Source: Ginkgo biloba
Lineage: Eukaryota; Plantae; Ginkgophyta
Direction of reading: 5' to 3'
NCBI GenBank assembly: GCA_024626585.2
Contig: JANKJI020000004.1
Location: 35,805,781-35,830,234, forward strand
Length of the DNA: 24,454 nucleotides
A program made the translations under genes and the position numbers. The notes under the pieces are model-generated. The model saw only the letters and a program-made list of their open reading frames with translations. It searched no databases and was not told where the DNA came from. Shown in pieces: positions 23,581 to 24,454 of the stretch (position 1 is its first letter; each line of letters begins with the position of its first letter).

Positions 23581-24224
23581 CTATAGAAGCTTAGTATGAT
23601 AAGGGTGGGGTTACCTTGAGAGAAAGGTAGAGATTAGGGAGTATTAAGGGCATATTCAATATAGTTGATTAGATGTATGTTTGGACCATGTGATCCAAAT
23701 GACATGGAGGTACTATGGATAAAGTAGTTAGGCCATACAATACTAAAAGAGGGTACCATGGGTTGGGTGGTCCTTGTTTAATACTAATATGGTGATTACA
23801 ATACATTATGTCTAGGGTATATATAGGTGGACAAGTGAAGGGTCATGTCTAATTGNNNNNNNNNNNNNNNNNNNNNNNNNNNNNNNNNNNNNNNNNNNNN
23901 NNNNNNNNNNNNNNNNNNNNNNNNNNNNNNNNNNNNNNNNNNNNNNNNNNNNNNNNNNNNNNTGCCCTTATTGCTTATCTTGTGCCACAAAGTTTTGTAG
24001 AGCTTGGAATATGCTTGTAGTTATTGCTCAATATGCTAGGTTTCTTCTTCCACAAGGTATCATTCTCATTCCACGAGGTACTTTATGATGGTTCTATTTC
24101 ACAAATGTTTAGTTAGTTTATGAAAAATGTTTATGGTACTAGTAGCCTTATTTCTTCGAGGAAGGTGGAACGAGATAGTTTGTCGTGTCAAATNNNNNNN
24201 NNNNNNNNNNNNNNNNNNNNNNNT

Positions 24225-24454
24225 AGGTAGTATGGTTTGAGCCAAGAGATATGGAAGGTTGTATGCACTTTTACCCAATTAGGTGATGGTTGGAAAACAT
24301 AACTAGAGTTTTTTGGAATAATTTCAAGTGGCCCATAATATCGAGATTGCAATCTGGGGTGAAAAGAGTTGGTTGCTTCATGTCAATGTGAAGGGACATG
24401 AAGGACAGCCTCATCTCCAATATTAAATTCCATATGTTAAATATTGTGGTCATA
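24225..24454 (-). mobile_element. Gypsy integrase C-terminal GPY/F region, degenerate
   Basis: A frame other than the listed ORF reads YDHNI*HMEFNIGDEAVL...RLQSRYYGPLEII...KVHTTFHISWLKPY. This matches the EFxVGD / PRYxGPF / HPVFHVSxLKPY consensus. Confidence 0.8.

Noticed and set aside
20829-24454. Search for the next upstream NAGLU exon (CMLHNF...GP..AR...NSTM)
   Set aside because: Not found in readable sequence; it lies outside the window or in a gap.

Overview
Eukaryotic, AT-rich, CpG-depleted land-plant genomic DNA from a gappy draft assembly. Many gaps are exactly 100 N and so probably of unknown size. The large, retroelement-filled introns suggest a large-genome plant such as a gymnosperm (inference). 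The one cellular gene is the 3' part of an alpha-N-acetylglucosaminidase (GH89, NAGLU / Arabidopsis CYL1-like) on the minus strand. Six coding exons are readable: 20828-20730, <10040-9961 (5' end in a gap), 7415-7168, 4477-4240, 4053-3975 and 3746-3499 (TGA stop). All visible splice sites are GT-AG and all checkable intron phases match, giving about 330 visible residues with no stop or frameshift. Upstream exons lie outside the window or in gaps. The introns hold TE remnants: a degenerate Tat/Ogre-type gypsy pol, a degenerate chromovirus-type gypsy pol with an out-of-order integrase C-terminus, LTR ends with tRNA-iMet PBS motifs, a CpG-rich LTR, probable L1 and hAT remnants, a 177-bp tandem duplication and an (AG)23 microsatellite. 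I found no convincing novel biological system. The best leads are the apparent mosaic position of this NAGLU between two angiosperm paralog types, the skippable catalytic exon, and the TE architecture.
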